Origin: Gammaproteobacteria bacterium
Lineage (GTDB): Bacteria > Pseudomonadota > Gammaproteobacteria > Pseudomonadales > Pseudohongiellaceae
Assembly: GCA_947477655.1 (NCBI GenBank)
Contig: CANJTS010000008.1
Coordinates: forward strand, 53,929 to 117,928
Direction of reading: 5' to 3'
DNA length: 64,000 bases
Part shown: piece after piece, positions 1 through 11,318 of the stretch
Layout: each line of letters opens with the position of its first letter
How positions within the stretch are numbered: the stretch's first letter is position 1
Translations under genes and position numbers: made by a program
Notes under the pieces: generated by a model
Database searches by the model: none
What the model saw: only the letters and a program-made list of their open reading frames with translations
Told to the model about the DNA's origin: nothing

Positions 1-189
1 TTCCATGATACGGCTACCCATTGCAGGTGGATAAGTTTCCAAATGATCTATTATGAAATAACTGGAAAACCATACTTTATCTCCATGAATTTCTGGCGCT
101 TCAGACTCATCCAATAATTTTTTTAGGGCAGGATTTTTTTTGGTTAGAATTTTAAGACCGCGCACAGTCTGAACGTTGGTAGTAAACAC
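1..189 (-). CDS. ORF truncated by the left window edge, product unknown
   Basis: Hand translation of the minus strand is open from about 237 down to base 1 (..NPVFTTNVQTVRGLKILTKKNPALKKLLDESEAPEIHGDKVWFSSYFIIDHLETYPPAMGSRIME). The only start candidate I see is GTG at 189. Absent from the ORF track because it is incomplete. No family recognised. Confidence 0.3.
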   Translation of the reverse strand, partial: MFTTNVQTVRGLKILTKKNPALKKLLDESEAPEIHGDKVWFSSYFIIDHLETYPPAMGSRIME

Positions 190-259
190 GGGATTATCAA
201 TATCCTTTGTTAGTATTTTAGCAAGATTATAATAAGGGTTTGTTAGGCAGCATTAAGAA

Positions 260-1645
260 TTATTCTTGTAATGCTGTTTGTGCATGGCTCGCTACTACTG
301 TGCTGATAATTTCTCCTTGATCCAATCGAGTATGAATTGTAACACCAGGTTCTACTTGCTCGTAATTGGTGATGACTGCACCATTTTTTGTGCTTGCGAT
401 GGCATAGCCCCTAGCTAGAGTTGCAAGTGGGCTGACTGCATGCAAGGCACGACTTTGAATTTGTATTTGTTGTTCATATTTGAGCAGATTTCCGCGTAGT
501 TTGCTGGTCAGTTGTTGATGCAAATGCTGCACCTGCTGAACTTTTTGTTGCACTTTACTTTGAGGGTTGTGGCTCAATAAGCCTGCCTGATGCAGTGCAA
601 CATGATGCCGTGAATTTTGCAATTGGGTGTTAATTGCGCGTTTAAAACGGGTCTCTAGCTCATCCAGCCGTTGTACTTGTTCTTGCAGTCTGTAGCCAGG
701 ATGGCGCAATTGTTTGCGTAAACTTACCAAGTTAAGCTGTAATTGTTCAATGTGTGATTGGATCAGGGTTAGCAACTGTTTCTGTAAGGCAAGCAACAGT
801 TGTCGATAAGCATCTTGATGTCCGGAGATTAGTTCAGCAGCTGCAGATGGCGTAGCTGCTCTTACATCTGCAACGAAATCTGCAATTGTAAAATCGCTAT
901 CGTGTCCCACTGCGCTAATGACAGGTAAAGTGGATGCAAAAATTGCTCGGGCCAGACCCTCATCGTTAAAACTCCATAAATCTTCCAGCGAACCACCACC
1001 ACGACCCAACAGAATAAGCTCGACATCGTGTAAACAGCCGGTTCTGGAATTGACCAACTGCAGGGCGCTGATGATTTCTGTGGCGGCATTAACTCCTTGC
1101 ACAGCAACAGGGATGATGGTTATTTCGATAGCAGGAAAGCGGCGTTGCAGTACACTTATAATGTCATGTATGGCAGCTCCAGTAGGAGAAGTTATAACCG
1201 CAATATGGTGCGGGAGTGCAGGTAATGGTTTTTTATGTTGCGCGTCGAATAACCCTTCCTGTTGTAAGCGGATCTTTAGAATTTCGAAGGCTTGACGTAA
1301 GGCTCCTGCGCCTGTTTCTTCCATGTTTTCGAGTAATAATTGATAGTCACCGCGGCCTTCGTACAGGCTTAATTTGGCCTTCACCAAAACTTTCATACCG
1401 TCTTTTGGGCGTAAGCGCATGAGCATATTACGGTTGCGAAACATAGCGCAGCGTACCTGTGAGTTGGCATCTTTTAGTGTCAGATACCAATGCCCGGAAG
1501 CCGGGACGGAAAAATTGGAGATTTCACCTTCTACTAATACAGCAGGAAAGTTTTCTTCCAATAACAGTCGTGCCAGTCTGTTCAACTGGCTGACAGAAAG
1601 GGTGGGGTTATTTTGCTTGGGAATTGTGGGATAAGTAACAGACAT
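260..1645 (-). CDS. xseA: Exodeoxyribonuclease VII large subunit
   Basis: N-terminal OB-fold region (LSVSQLNRLARLLLEENFPAVLVEGEISNFSVPASGHWYLTLKD) matches the XseA pattern and is followed by a long coiled-coil tail. Start moved to the internal Met (MSVTYPT) at 1645. Divergent from guaBA, as in many gammaproteobacteria. Confidence 0.9.
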   Translation of the reverse strand: MSVTYPTIPKQNNPTLSVSQLNRLARLLLEENFPAVLVEGEISNFSVPASGHWYLTLKDANSQVRCAMFRNRNMLMRLRPKDGMKVLVKAKLSLYEGRGDYQLLLENMEETGAGALRQAFEILKIRLQQEGLFDAQHKKPLPALPHHIAVITSPTGAAIHDIISVLQRRFPAIEITIIPVAVQGVNAATEIISALQLVNSRTGCLHDVELILLGRGGGSLEDLWSFNDEGLARAIFASTLPVISAVGHDSDFTIADFVADVRAATPSAAAELISGHQDAYRQLLLALQKQLLTLIQSHIEQLQLNLVSLRKQLRHPGYRLQEQVQRLDELETRFKRAINTQLQNSRHHVALHQAGLLSHNPQSKVQQKVQQVQHLHQQLTSKLRGNLLKYEQQIQIQSRALHAVSPLATLARGYAIASTKNGAVITNYEQVEPGVTIHTRLDQGEIISTVVASHAQTALQE

Positions 1646-1742
1646 CAACTTATGATACGTAGGTATGCCTTTAAAGAGCAAATTTCAAATTGAAAAGCTA
1701 AACCAAGGTGTTTTTTATTATTTCCCCATGTGTTTGAGCTAG

Positions 1743-3278
<1,536 letters not shown>

Positions 3279-3358
3279 TTGATAGTAAACATATGCTGTC
3301 TGCGTGCTGTTCAGCACCCGGCTAAAGTTGTTCTTTCACTTACATTGCGGAAATCTGC

Positions 3359-4936
3359 ATGACAATAAACATTCATGAGCAAAAGATCCTTATTCTGGAC
3401 TTTGGCTCACAATATACCCAATTGATTGCACGGCGTGTGCGTGAAGCTGGTGTTTATTGTGAAATTCATCATTACTCAATGACCGAGGCAGATTTTAGAG
3501 CCTTCTCGCCCCGCGGCGTAATTTTTTCTGGCAGTCCCGAGTCTGCCAACCTTGCTCTGTCACCTAGAGCTCCTGCTTATATTCTGCACAGTAGCCTACC
3601 CATCCTCGGCATTTGTTATGGAATGCAAACCATGGCTGAACAGTTGGGCGGCAAAGTTGAGGGATCCTCACGCTCAGAATTCGGCCATGCAAAAGTAGAA
3701 ATTATTGGCAGCAATCCTTTGTTGTACGCGCTGGAACATGCAAGTACCGAAGCAGGTCGCACCTTACAAAATGTTTGGATGAGTCACGGTGACAAAGTTA
3801 CCAAAATGCCAGACGGATTTAGAGTAATAGCCGCCACCGAAAGTGCGCCCATTGCGGCGATGGCCGATGAAAGTCGCCGTATGTATGGTTTGCAATTTCA
3901 TCCCGAAGTTACCCATACCGCAGCCGGACAAGAAATACTTAACCGATTTGTACATGAGATTTGTGGCTGTGAACGGTTATGGACACCCGCCAATATCGTC
4001 ACTGATGCTATAGCTACAATTCGACGACAGGTCGGTTCAGATAAGGTTTTGCTGGGTTTATCCGGCGGTGTCGATTCTTCGGTCGTGGCTGCACTTTTGC
4101 ATAAAGCCATCGGTGCGCAACTCACCTGCGTTTTTGTCGATAACGGTTTGTTACGTTTGCACGAAGGCGATCAGGTGATGGCCACTTTTGCACAAAACAT
4201 GGGTGTAAAAGTAATTCGTGCAGATGCTGAGAATTTATTTCTGGGCAAACTCAGTGGTATTAGCGACCCTGAAGCCAAGCGCAAAATTATTGGCAATGTT
4301 TTCATAGAAATTTTTGATGCACAGGCCGGCAAGCTGGGCAAAGTGCCTTGGTTGGCACAGGGTACTATCTACCCTGATGTTATTGAATCGGCACAGTCAA
4401 AATATGGAAATGCCCATGTCATTAAATCCCATCATAATGTGGGTGGATTACCAGAGCATATGAAGATGGGGCTGGTCGAACCACTGCGCGAACTCTTTAA
4501 GGATGAGGTGCGTAGAATTGGTGTGGAGCTGGGCTTACCTTACGACATGGTGTATCGCCATCCTTTCCCTGGCCCTGGTTTAGGGGTGCGTATTCTGGGC
4601 GAAGTGAAAAAAGAATATTGCGAAGTGCTCAGGCAAGCCGATGCAATTTTTCTTGAAGAATTACGCCGTGCCGATTGGTATCACAAAGTTAGTCAGGCTT
4701 TTGTGGTTTTTTTGCCTGTTAAATCCGTTGGTGTTGTAGGTGATGCGCGTCGTTATGCCTGGGTGCTGGCCTTGCGTGCAGTAGAAACTATCGACTTCAT
4801 GACGGCCCGCTGGGCGCATCTACCCTACGAATTACTAGAAAGAGTGTCCAACCGCATTATCAACGAAATACCAAGTGTCTCGCGTGTTAGTTACGATATT
4901 TCCAGCAAACCACCGGCTACTATTGAGTGGGAGTGA
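3359..4936 (+). CDS. guaA: GMP synthase (glutamine-hydrolysing)
   Basis: GATase motif GICYGMQ, ATP-pyrophosphatase P-loop SGGVDSSV, C-terminal ..KPPATIEWE, 525 aa, directly downstream of guaB. Confidence 0.97.
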   Translation: MTINIHEQKILILDFGSQYTQLIARRVREAGVYCEIHHYSMTEADFRAFSPRGVIFSGSPESANLALSPRAPAYILHSSLPILGICYGMQTMAEQLGGKVEGSSRSEFGHAKVEIIGSNPLLYALEHASTEAGRTLQNVWMSHGDKVTKMPDGFRVIAATESAPIAAMADESRRMYGLQFHPEVTHTAAGQEILNRFVHEICGCERLWTPANIVTDAIATIRRQVGSDKVLLGLSGGVDSSVVAALLHKAIGAQLTCVFVDNGLLRLHEGDQVMATFAQNMGVKVIRADAENLFLGKLSGISDPEAKRKIIGNVFIEIFDAQAGKLGKVPWLAQGTIYPDVIESAQSKYGNAHVIKSHHNVGGLPEHMKMGLVEPLRELFKDEVRRIGVELGLPYDMVYRHPFPGPGLGVRILGEVKKEYCEVLRQADAIFLEELRRADWYHKVSQAFVVFLPVKSVGVVGDARRYAWVLALRAVETIDFMTARWAHLPYELLERVSNRIINEIPSVSRVSYDISSKPPATIEWE

Positions 4937-5004
4937 CTTAGACAAAAAAGGTCGTCACAATGAGCGGAGCAACCAAGTGCTAAAGGTTTTGTATTGGAAA
5001 GAAA

Positions 5005-5667
5005 ATGATAAAACGTGCTGATCAGATTTTTCTTGCGGGATTGTGCTTACTATTTGCGAGTTCGGTAATGGCCATTGAAGAACCAAAATACATTGTGATT
5101 GAGAGCGCTAAACCTTTTGAGTTGCGTCAGTATGAGTCCATGATTGTTGCCGAGGCCTATGTTGATGGTGATATGAGTGATGCGGGTGGTAAAGGCTTTA
5201 GTCTCATCGCCGGCTATATCTTTGGCAAGAATCAATCTAAAACCAAGTTGATCGACGACCAACCGGGCAGCGAGAAGATTGCGATGACAGCACCTGTGAC
5301 GATGGAATCAAAGAAAGGTGCTAGTGAAAAGATTGCAATGACGGCACCTGTGACGATGGAGGCCGAAAAGACAAACCCTAATCAATGGCGTATGTCTTTT
5401 GTCATGCCTAGCCAATACACACTTGCTAGCTTACCAACTCCCATTAGCCCAGAAGTGAAGCTTATAGAGATCCCACCGCAGAAAAAAGCGGTGATTACTT
5501 ATACTGGTTTTAATTCAGAACAGAAGACGCAAGAGAAAGCCCAAGAATTACGTGTCTGGATGAAATCGAAAAACTTGAATCCCACTGGTGAGCCACAACT
5601 CGCGCGCTATAACCCACCGTGGACCCTTCCATTTTTGCGTCGTAACGAAGTTATGTTGGACTATTAA
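5005..5667 (+). CDS. SOUL/HBP-family haem-binding-like exported protein
   Basis: Signal peptide (..FASSVMA/IEEP). SOUL-type motifs YE.R.Y, IAMTAPV and RYNPPWT.PFLRRNEV near the C-terminus. Contains an internal 18-codon duplication (see repeat feature). Confidence 0.7.
   Translation: MIKRADQIFLAGLCLLFASSVMAIEEPKYIVIESAKPFELRQYESMIVAEAYVDGDMSDAGGKGFSLIAGYIFGKNQSKTKLIDDQPGSEKIAMTAPVTMESKKGASEKIAMTAPVTMEAEKTNPNQWRMSFVMPSQYTLASLPTPISPEVKLIEIPPQKKAVITYTGFNSEQKTQEKAQELRVWMKSKNLNPTGEPQLARYNPPWTLPFLRRNEVMLDY
5269..5376 (+). repeat. In-frame 54-nt tandem duplication inside the SOUL-like gene
   Basis: SEKIAMTAPVTMESKKGA followed by SEKIAMTAPVTMEAEKTN. The copies start at 5269 and 5323 and differ by several mostly synonymous changes. 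Confidence 0.85.
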
Positions 5668-5892
5668 GAATCTCATAAGACGCCCCAACTTCTTCGCCCA
5701 AAGCAGTTTCTAGATAGGAATTTAAGGTCCATACGCGATTAATAATGAACATCCCGTTTGCCTGCAGACGGCGTTTGGTCGCAAAGACCTGTCGAGTAGT
5801 AGCAATCGGTGTGTTATTTCCCATAAAGGCGATTTAACACGTTCGCTCAAGAAAAGATAAATTTAAACAAGCCAAATTTAGAGATTCAAATT

Positions 5893-7188
5893 TTGAAATA
5901 TAAGAAGATTGCCATCGTGGGTGCGGGCATCTCTGGGTTAGCGGTAGCGCATAGCCTTAAAAAGCACGCCGACATCACTGTTTACGAGGCAGGGGCGTAT
6001 TTTGGTGGGCATGCAAACACAGTGGACATTTGTTTGCCGACGCCTGATGGCATGGTGACACATGGAGTAGACACGGGCTTTTTGGTCTTCAATGAAAGAA
6101 CTTATCCCAATCTTATTAGATTATTTGCAGAATTGGGCGTGGAGACTTCGTTGTCTGACATGTCGTTTTCGGTCAAAGTACCCAAAGCATGGGGAGATGA
6201 AACTTTGGAGTGGAGCGGCAGCAATTTAGATACTGTTTTTGCGCAACGTAAAAATTTGATTCGACCCAAGTTTTTAAAAATGTTGGTCGAGGTGTTGCGC
6301 TTTAATACCTTATGCAGGCAGATTGCTGAGCAAAATCAAGAAGCAGAAATGCGGCAATCTCTTTCAGTCTTTTTAACGCAACATGGATTCAGTGAAGTAT
6401 TTAAAAATTGGTACTTCTTACCTATGATGGGTTGTATCTGGAGTTGCCCAACTGATCAAATGCTAGCGTTTCCCGTGGCTACCATGATCAGGTTTTGTCA
6501 CAACCATGGATTGATTCAAGTCAATAACCGCCCGCGTTGGTTCACGGTTACAGGTGGCTCTCGAAACTATGTTCAAAAGATTGTGGCCGAGTTGCCCGAT
6601 AAACGTTTGAACACGCCGGTTGAATTGATTGAAAGAGACCTAAACGGTGTAACGGTGTTCACTCAAGGACTTGCAGAGCGCTTTGACGAAGTGGTGCTGT
6701 GTACACACTCCAATCAGGCTTTGAGAATGCTCAGTGCCCCCGCTGCTAGTGAAACAAGGGTCCTGTCAGCCATTCGTTACCAAGACAATGAAGCAGTTTT
6801 GCACACTGATGAAAAAGTTCTGCCTACCCGGCGTAAAGCTTGGGCGGCCTGGAACTATGAACGTTCTGAAAATAACAGCCAAGAAAGTTCACGCGTTTGC
6901 TTGCATTACTTGTTGAATAAACTGCAGCCATTGCCCTACGAGCAAGCGGTGGTGGTCTCATTAAACCCAACGCGATCGATCGATCCTACCCGAGTTATTC
7001 AACGCTTTAACTACGCACATCCCGTGTTTGATTTAGCAGCGATGGATGCGCAGCAAGAAATGAAACAGCTGCAAGGTTACCAGCATACCTGGTATGCGGG
7101 TGCATGGCTGGGTTATGGCTTTCACGAAGATGGATTGAAGTCAGGTCTTTCGGTAGCTCGAGAGTTGCTTTTGAAGGTAAATGCATGA
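5893..7188 (+). CDS. NAD(P)/FAD-dependent oxidoreductase (amine-oxidase-like), first gene of the lipid-modification cluster
   Basis: Dinucleotide fold KIAIVGAGISGLAVAH..YEAGAYFGGH at the N-terminus. TTG start. Stop overlaps the next start (ATGA at 7185-7188). Confidence 0.8.
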   Translation: MKYKKIAIVGAGISGLAVAHSLKKHADITVYEAGAYFGGHANTVDICLPTPDGMVTHGVDTGFLVFNERTYPNLIRLFAELGVETSLSDMSFSVKVPKAWGDETLEWSGSNLDTVFAQRKNLIRPKFLKMLVEVLRFNTLCRQIAEQNQEAEMRQSLSVFLTQHGFSEVFKNWYFLPMMGCIWSCPTDQMLAFPVATMIRFCHNHGLIQVNNRPRWFTVTGGSRNYVQKIVAELPDKRLNTPVELIERDLNGVTVFTQGLAERFDEVVLCTHSNQALRMLSAPAASETRVLSAIRYQDNEAVLHTDEKVLPTRRKAWAAWNYERSENNSQESSRVCLHYLLNKLQPLPYEQAVVVSLNPTRSIDPTRVIQRFNYAHPVFDLAAMDAQQEMKQLQGYQHTWYAGAWLGYGFHEDGLKSGLSVARELLLKVNA

Positions 7189-7997
7189 CGGAGGGCGGCA
7201 TAAAAATTGGCCACGGCCAAGTCAGGCATGTCCGCTTGCGACCAACCAAGCATGCGTTCAACTACAGCGCGTATTTTTTAATGCTGCCCATGCGGCAATT
7301 GCAAAAACTCAATGCAAGCAAGCCCCAAGAAAAAACTCACTTAGCCATTAACAAGTCGGGTCTGTTGTCTTTTTATGATGTCGACCATGGCGATGGCCGC
7401 TTACCTGAGCACGGTGGCGCTTTGGCATGGGTTGATGAGTTGCTCATCAAAGAAAATATCATGGATGCGAAAGGCGAGATATGGTTGCAAACATTTCCAC
7501 GTGTGTTGGGTTACACCTTCAAGCCCGTGAGCTTTTGGTATTGTCATCGGCAAGATGGGTTGTTGGCAGCTATCGTAGTAGAAGTTCACAATACCTTCGG
7601 CGAGAGGCATAGCTACTTGTTAGATGCACCGAAATTTGGGCGAACCGAGCAAGCCAGCAAAGTCTTCCATGTGTCGCCCTTTTGCAGTGTTTCGGGCCTT
7701 TACCATTTTAGATTTAAGCGTACATTTTTAAATGAGAAAGAGCGATTGGTAGCCTGCATAGACCACGGTGATGAGCAAGGGCCACTCATTAAAACTAGCA
7801 TGAGTGGGGTTCTGGTGCCCGCCACAGTTGCTGAACTCAAGCGAACTTTTTGGTACTATCCAGTTTTTACATTTGCAGTGATATTCAGAATACATTGGCA
7901 TGCTTTGTTGTTATGGCTCAAGCGAGTACCATTTTTCAGTAAGCCAGAACCACCTGCAGAATTTGTCTCTCGCGGACAAACACATTCAAAGTCTTGA
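7185..7997 (+). CDS. DUF1365-family protein
   Basis: G.V.H.R..P..H.F.Y..Y pattern (IGHGQVRHVRLRPTKHAFNYSAYF) typical of DUF1365. Start set at the ATG that overlaps the upstream stop. This family is commonly found between an FAD oxidoreductase and a cfa-like gene. Confidence 0.75.
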   Translation: MTEGGIKIGHGQVRHVRLRPTKHAFNYSAYFLMLPMRQLQKLNASKPQEKTHLAINKSGLLSFYDVDHGDGRLPEHGGALAWVDELLIKENIMDAKGEIWLQTFPRVLGYTFKPVSFWYCHRQDGLLAAIVVEVHNTFGERHSYLLDAPKFGRTEQASKVFHVSPFCSVSGLYHFRFKRTFLNEKERLVACIDHGDEQGPLIKTSMSGVLVPATVAELKRTFWYYPVFTFAVIFRIHWHALLLWLKRVPFFSKPEPPAEFVSRGQTHSKS

Positions 7998-8014
7998 TAA
8001 AAAATTAGTTGATC

Positions 8015-9238
8015 ATGAGTACCATCAATTTACCTAAAGATAATTCTGGAATTCAATCCAGACCTATGGCTGTTCGTCGCGTCTTAAAATTGCTTGAAAG
8101 AATTGAGAATGGAACCTTAACTGTGCACTTTCCTGACCACAGTACTAAAGTTTATGGCAATGCTTCACTGCCCCACGCGACCATCATTTTGAACAACTGG
8201 CAGGTTTTTTTTGCAAGCTTGAAATCAGGTGACATTGGCTTTGCTGAAACCTATGTTGCTGGCGATTGGAGTACGGCTTCATTGAGTGATTTACTTCGCG
8301 TATTGATTCACAACCGGCGCACGGTTGAAAGCCTTATGTTCGGCTCATGGTGGGGCCGCATTGCTTATCGCGTTAAGCATTTTCTCAATCGCAATAACAA
8401 AGCAAACAGCCGCAAAAATATTCATGCCCACTACGACTTGGGCAACGCCTTTTATGAGCTTTGGTTAGACGGCACCATGAATTATTCCTCTGCATTTTTT
8501 GAGGGTGATTATTCGCAAAAAATGGAAGATGCACAGCGTGCCAAAATCAGGCGTGCTTTGCGCATGACCGATGTAGACATTGGTTCGCGTGTTTTGGAAA
8601 TTGGTTGTGGATGGGGCGCTTTAGCTGAGATGGCTACTTTGGATTTTGGTGCCAGCGTAACGGGTATCACTTTGTCGGCTGAACAATTGATTTTTGCCAA
8701 AGATCGAATGACGGCGATTGGAAAATCAGCCCAAACAGATTTGCGTTTACAAGACTACCGCGACATCGACGATGGTCCTTATGACGCGATTTGTTCTATT
8801 GAAATGATCGAAGCTGTTGGTCAAGAATATTGGCCCACGTACTTCAAAACCCTAGGAAAGTTGCTTAAGCCTGGTGGAAAAGCTTGCATTCAAAGCATTG
8901 TTATTGATGACGCTCTGTTTGACCGCTATGAAAAGTCAACCGACTTTATTCAGCAATATATTTTTCCTGGCGGTTGCTTACCCAGCCCCACGGCATTTAG
9001 AAAACAAGCTCGCATTGCTGGCTTCGAGGTGATTGACGAATTGAGTTTTGGTGCTGATTATGCAGAAACTTTGAAGCGTTGGCGGCATGATTTCATGGCT
9101 CAACAAAAGAAAGTGTTGGCGTTGGGCTTTGATGATAAATTCTTGCGCCTGTGGGAGTTTTACTTGGCTTATTGCGAAGCAGCTTTTACTGAAGCTAATA
9201 CAGATGTGATTCAGTTCACGCTGCAAAAGTCAGTCTAA
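8015..9238 (+). CDS. Cyclopropane-fatty-acyl-phospholipid synthase family SAM-dependent methyltransferase
   Basis: HYDLGNAFYELWLD, SAM motif I VLEIGCGWG, and C-terminal W..YL.YCEA.F pattern, all characteristic of the CFA/mycolic-acid methyltransferase family. Confidence 0.85.
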   Translation: MSTINLPKDNSGIQSRPMAVRRVLKLLERIENGTLTVHFPDHSTKVYGNASLPHATIILNNWQVFFASLKSGDIGFAETYVAGDWSTASLSDLLRVLIHNRRTVESLMFGSWWGRIAYRVKHFLNRNNKANSRKNIHAHYDLGNAFYELWLDGTMNYSSAFFEGDYSQKMEDAQRAKIRRALRMTDVDIGSRVLEIGCGWGALAEMATLDFGASVTGITLSAEQLIFAKDRMTAIGKSAQTDLRLQDYRDIDDGPYDAICSIEMIEAVGQEYWPTYFKTLGKLLKPGGKACIQSIVIDDALFDRYEKSTDFIQQYIFPGGCLPSPTAFRKQARIAGFEVIDELSFGADYAETLKRWRHDFMAQQKKVLALGFDDKFLRLWEFYLAYCEAAFTEANTDVIQFTLQKSV

Positions 9239-9308
9239 AATGATATATAAAGACCTTAAAACCTAATCGATTGACCCTAGGCCCAGCGCCGACTCACCGG
9301 AGTAGTAT

Positions 9309-9923
9309 ATGAATAGACGTTTATTGCTACAGGGCCTCACAACCCAACTTAGCGCCTCACTTTTTTTGCGCTCTGCGGGTATCGCCGCTGGTTCAGCAGG
9401 ATTTTTGAGTTTGACAGGTTGCGCTTCCCCGCAAGTCTCTGACTACGCGTCGGAAACTCCGCACCTAGATTTGCGGACCTATTTTGACGGAACCGTCGAT
9501 GCGTGGGGGATTTTCACTGACCGTAGTGGTCAAGTGGTAAAAAGGTTTACCGTTGTGATGGATTGCAAATGGCAAGGTGACGAAGGCGTATTGGATGAAG
9601 ATTTTAGTTATTCCGATGGCACCAAGCAGCGACGCATCTGGCGCTTAAAGGCGCTCGCAAACGGTCAATACGAAGGACGCGCTGATGACGTCGTGGGCGT
9701 CGCATCTGGCGAAGTCCAAGGCAACGCATTACGGTGGCGATATACTTTGGCCTTACCGGTAGGGGGGTCTATTTGGCATGTTCAATTTGATGACTGGATG
9801 TATTTGATTGACGACCGCGTCATGATCAACAAGGCTGCTATGAGCAAGTTTGGATTGTTCTTAGGTGAAGTCACTTTGTCGTTCACGCGTCGTGTTCCGC
9901 TTGTAGCGGCACTCACCACATGA
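9309..9923 (+). CDS. DUF3833-family lipoprotein (lipocalin-like)
   Basis: Lipobox LSLTGC. L.LR.YF.G...AWG.F.DRSG.V.RRF pattern recalled for DUF3833. Its stop overlaps the next gene's start (ATGA at 9920). Confidence 0.65.
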   Translation: MNRRLLLQGLTTQLSASLFLRSAGIAAGSAGFLSLTGCASPQVSDYASETPHLDLRTYFDGTVDAWGIFTDRSGQVVKRFTVVMDCKWQGDEGVLDEDFSYSDGTKQRRIWRLKALANGQYEGRADDVVGVASGEVQGNALRWRYTLALPVGGSIWHVQFDDWMYLIDDRVMINKAAMSKFGLFLGEVTLSFTRRVPLVAALTT

Positions 9924-10792
9924 GCGTTGAAGATTCTAGTATTTCTAAAAATGATGCGCCTAATTCGGCAACAGCGCACAGGTTGCCACCACTCAAGCGG
10001 CGCTTTGGCGCGGCACTGAACTTGCCTGTGACAAACTGGCAAGGCCAACGCATTTGGTTGGTGGGCGCGTCCAGTGGCATTGGGTTGGCGTGTGCCAAAG
10101 CATTGCATAAGTCTGGTGCGAAGGTCATCATTTCTGCCCGCGAATTATCTACGCTGTCCGACTGGGCGGTGGCTGCCGAACTTGAGGGTAACCCCCTAGA
10201 GTTGATACCGCTAGATGTCACTGATGAGTTACAAGTGAAATACGTAGCGAGGCAAGTTGCAAGCCGCGGCACATTGGACTTCATGCTGTATTGTGCTGGT
10301 CACTATCTGGCACAGCGAGCCACATCGTTTGATCTAACAGAAATGTTGCGCCATCAGGATGTTAACTACAAAGGCCTGCTGCACGTATTGGATGGTGTCT
10401 TACCCATTTTTTTGCAGCAAGGTGCAGGCCACATTAGTATCGTCAGCAGTGTGGCCGGTTGGCGAGGCTTGCCTAATAGTTTGGCTTATGGCCCTACCAA
10501 AGCGGCAATCACTAATTTGGCCGAGACCTTGTACATTGATTTACAAGACAAGGGCATTGGCGTGAGTGTAGTCAATCCTGGCTTTGTGGCAACGCCGCTG
10601 ACAGCACAAAATACTTTTGCCATGCCGGCCCTCATCACACCCTACGAAGCGGCCAAGGCTATGCTTGCGGGTTGGGAACAAGGTTCGTTTGACATTAATT
10701 TTCCAAGGCGCTTTACATTTTGGTTGCAACTTTTGCGCTTGTTGCCCTACCGTATTTATTTTGCAATTGTTCGTCGATTGACGGGGCTTTGA
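9920..10792 (+). CDS. Short-chain dehydrogenase/reductase (SDR)
   Basis: Cofactor motif VGASSGIG, catalytic Y..xK (YGPTKAA), NPG motif. Confidence 0.85.
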   Translation: MSVEDSSISKNDAPNSATAHRLPPLKRRFGAALNLPVTNWQGQRIWLVGASSGIGLACAKALHKSGAKVIISARELSTLSDWAVAAELEGNPLELIPLDVTDELQVKYVARQVASRGTLDFMLYCAGHYLAQRATSFDLTEMLRHQDVNYKGLLHVLDGVLPIFLQQGAGHISIVSSVAGWRGLPNSLAYGPTKAAITNLAETLYIDLQDKGIGVSVVNPGFVATPLTAQNTFAMPALITPYEAAKAMLAGWEQGSFDINFPRRFTFWLQLLRLLPYRIYFAIVRRLTGL

Positions 10793-10794
10793 AT

Positions 10795-11241
10795 ATGCTT
10801 AGTGATATTTGCGCACGACAACAATTCACCAAAATTGCTAACTACTTCGAATTACTCACACCACAAAGTGTGGAGCAGATCAAAAATTATTACAGCGCGT
10901 CTGCCCGATTTAAAGATCCGTTCAACGACGTGCAGGGAGTTGCCGAAATTGAACGCATTTTCCAGCACATGTATGTGTCGTTAGACAACCCCCGCTTTGT
11001 GATCACTGCAACAGTGGTGGACGGCTCGCAAGCCTTTCTCACTTGGGAGTTTAAGTTTCGATTTAAGCGCTTTGATACCACCACTGAACAAGTGATTTTG
11101 GGTGCCAGTCATTTGGTGATAGATGATCAGAACCTTATTAGCCTTCATCGCGATTATTGGGATGCAGCGGAGGAGCTTTATCAAAAGCTGCCCGTGGTAG
11201 GCAGCTTGATGCGGTGGATTAAAAAGCGTGTTAGCTCTTAA
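10795..11241 (+). CDS. NTF2/SnoaL-like small protein, last gene of the cluster
   Basis: About 148 aa from the ATG 3 nt after the SDR stop. The longer track ORF from 10720 would overlap the SDR gene. Fold assigned from size and pattern only. Confidence 0.55.
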   Translation: MLSDICARQQFTKIANYFELLTPQSVEQIKNYYSASARFKDPFNDVQGVAEIERIFQHMYVSLDNPRFVITATVVDGSQAFLTWEFKFRFKRFDTTTEQVILGASHLVIDDQNLISLHRDYWDAAEELYQKLPVVGSLMRWIKKRVSS

Positions 11242-11318
11242 TTACGTGACACCACTTAATTAAAGTGCGAACCAAAAATTACGCAATTTTAAGCTAACGT
11301 GATTTTCCCAATCCTAGA

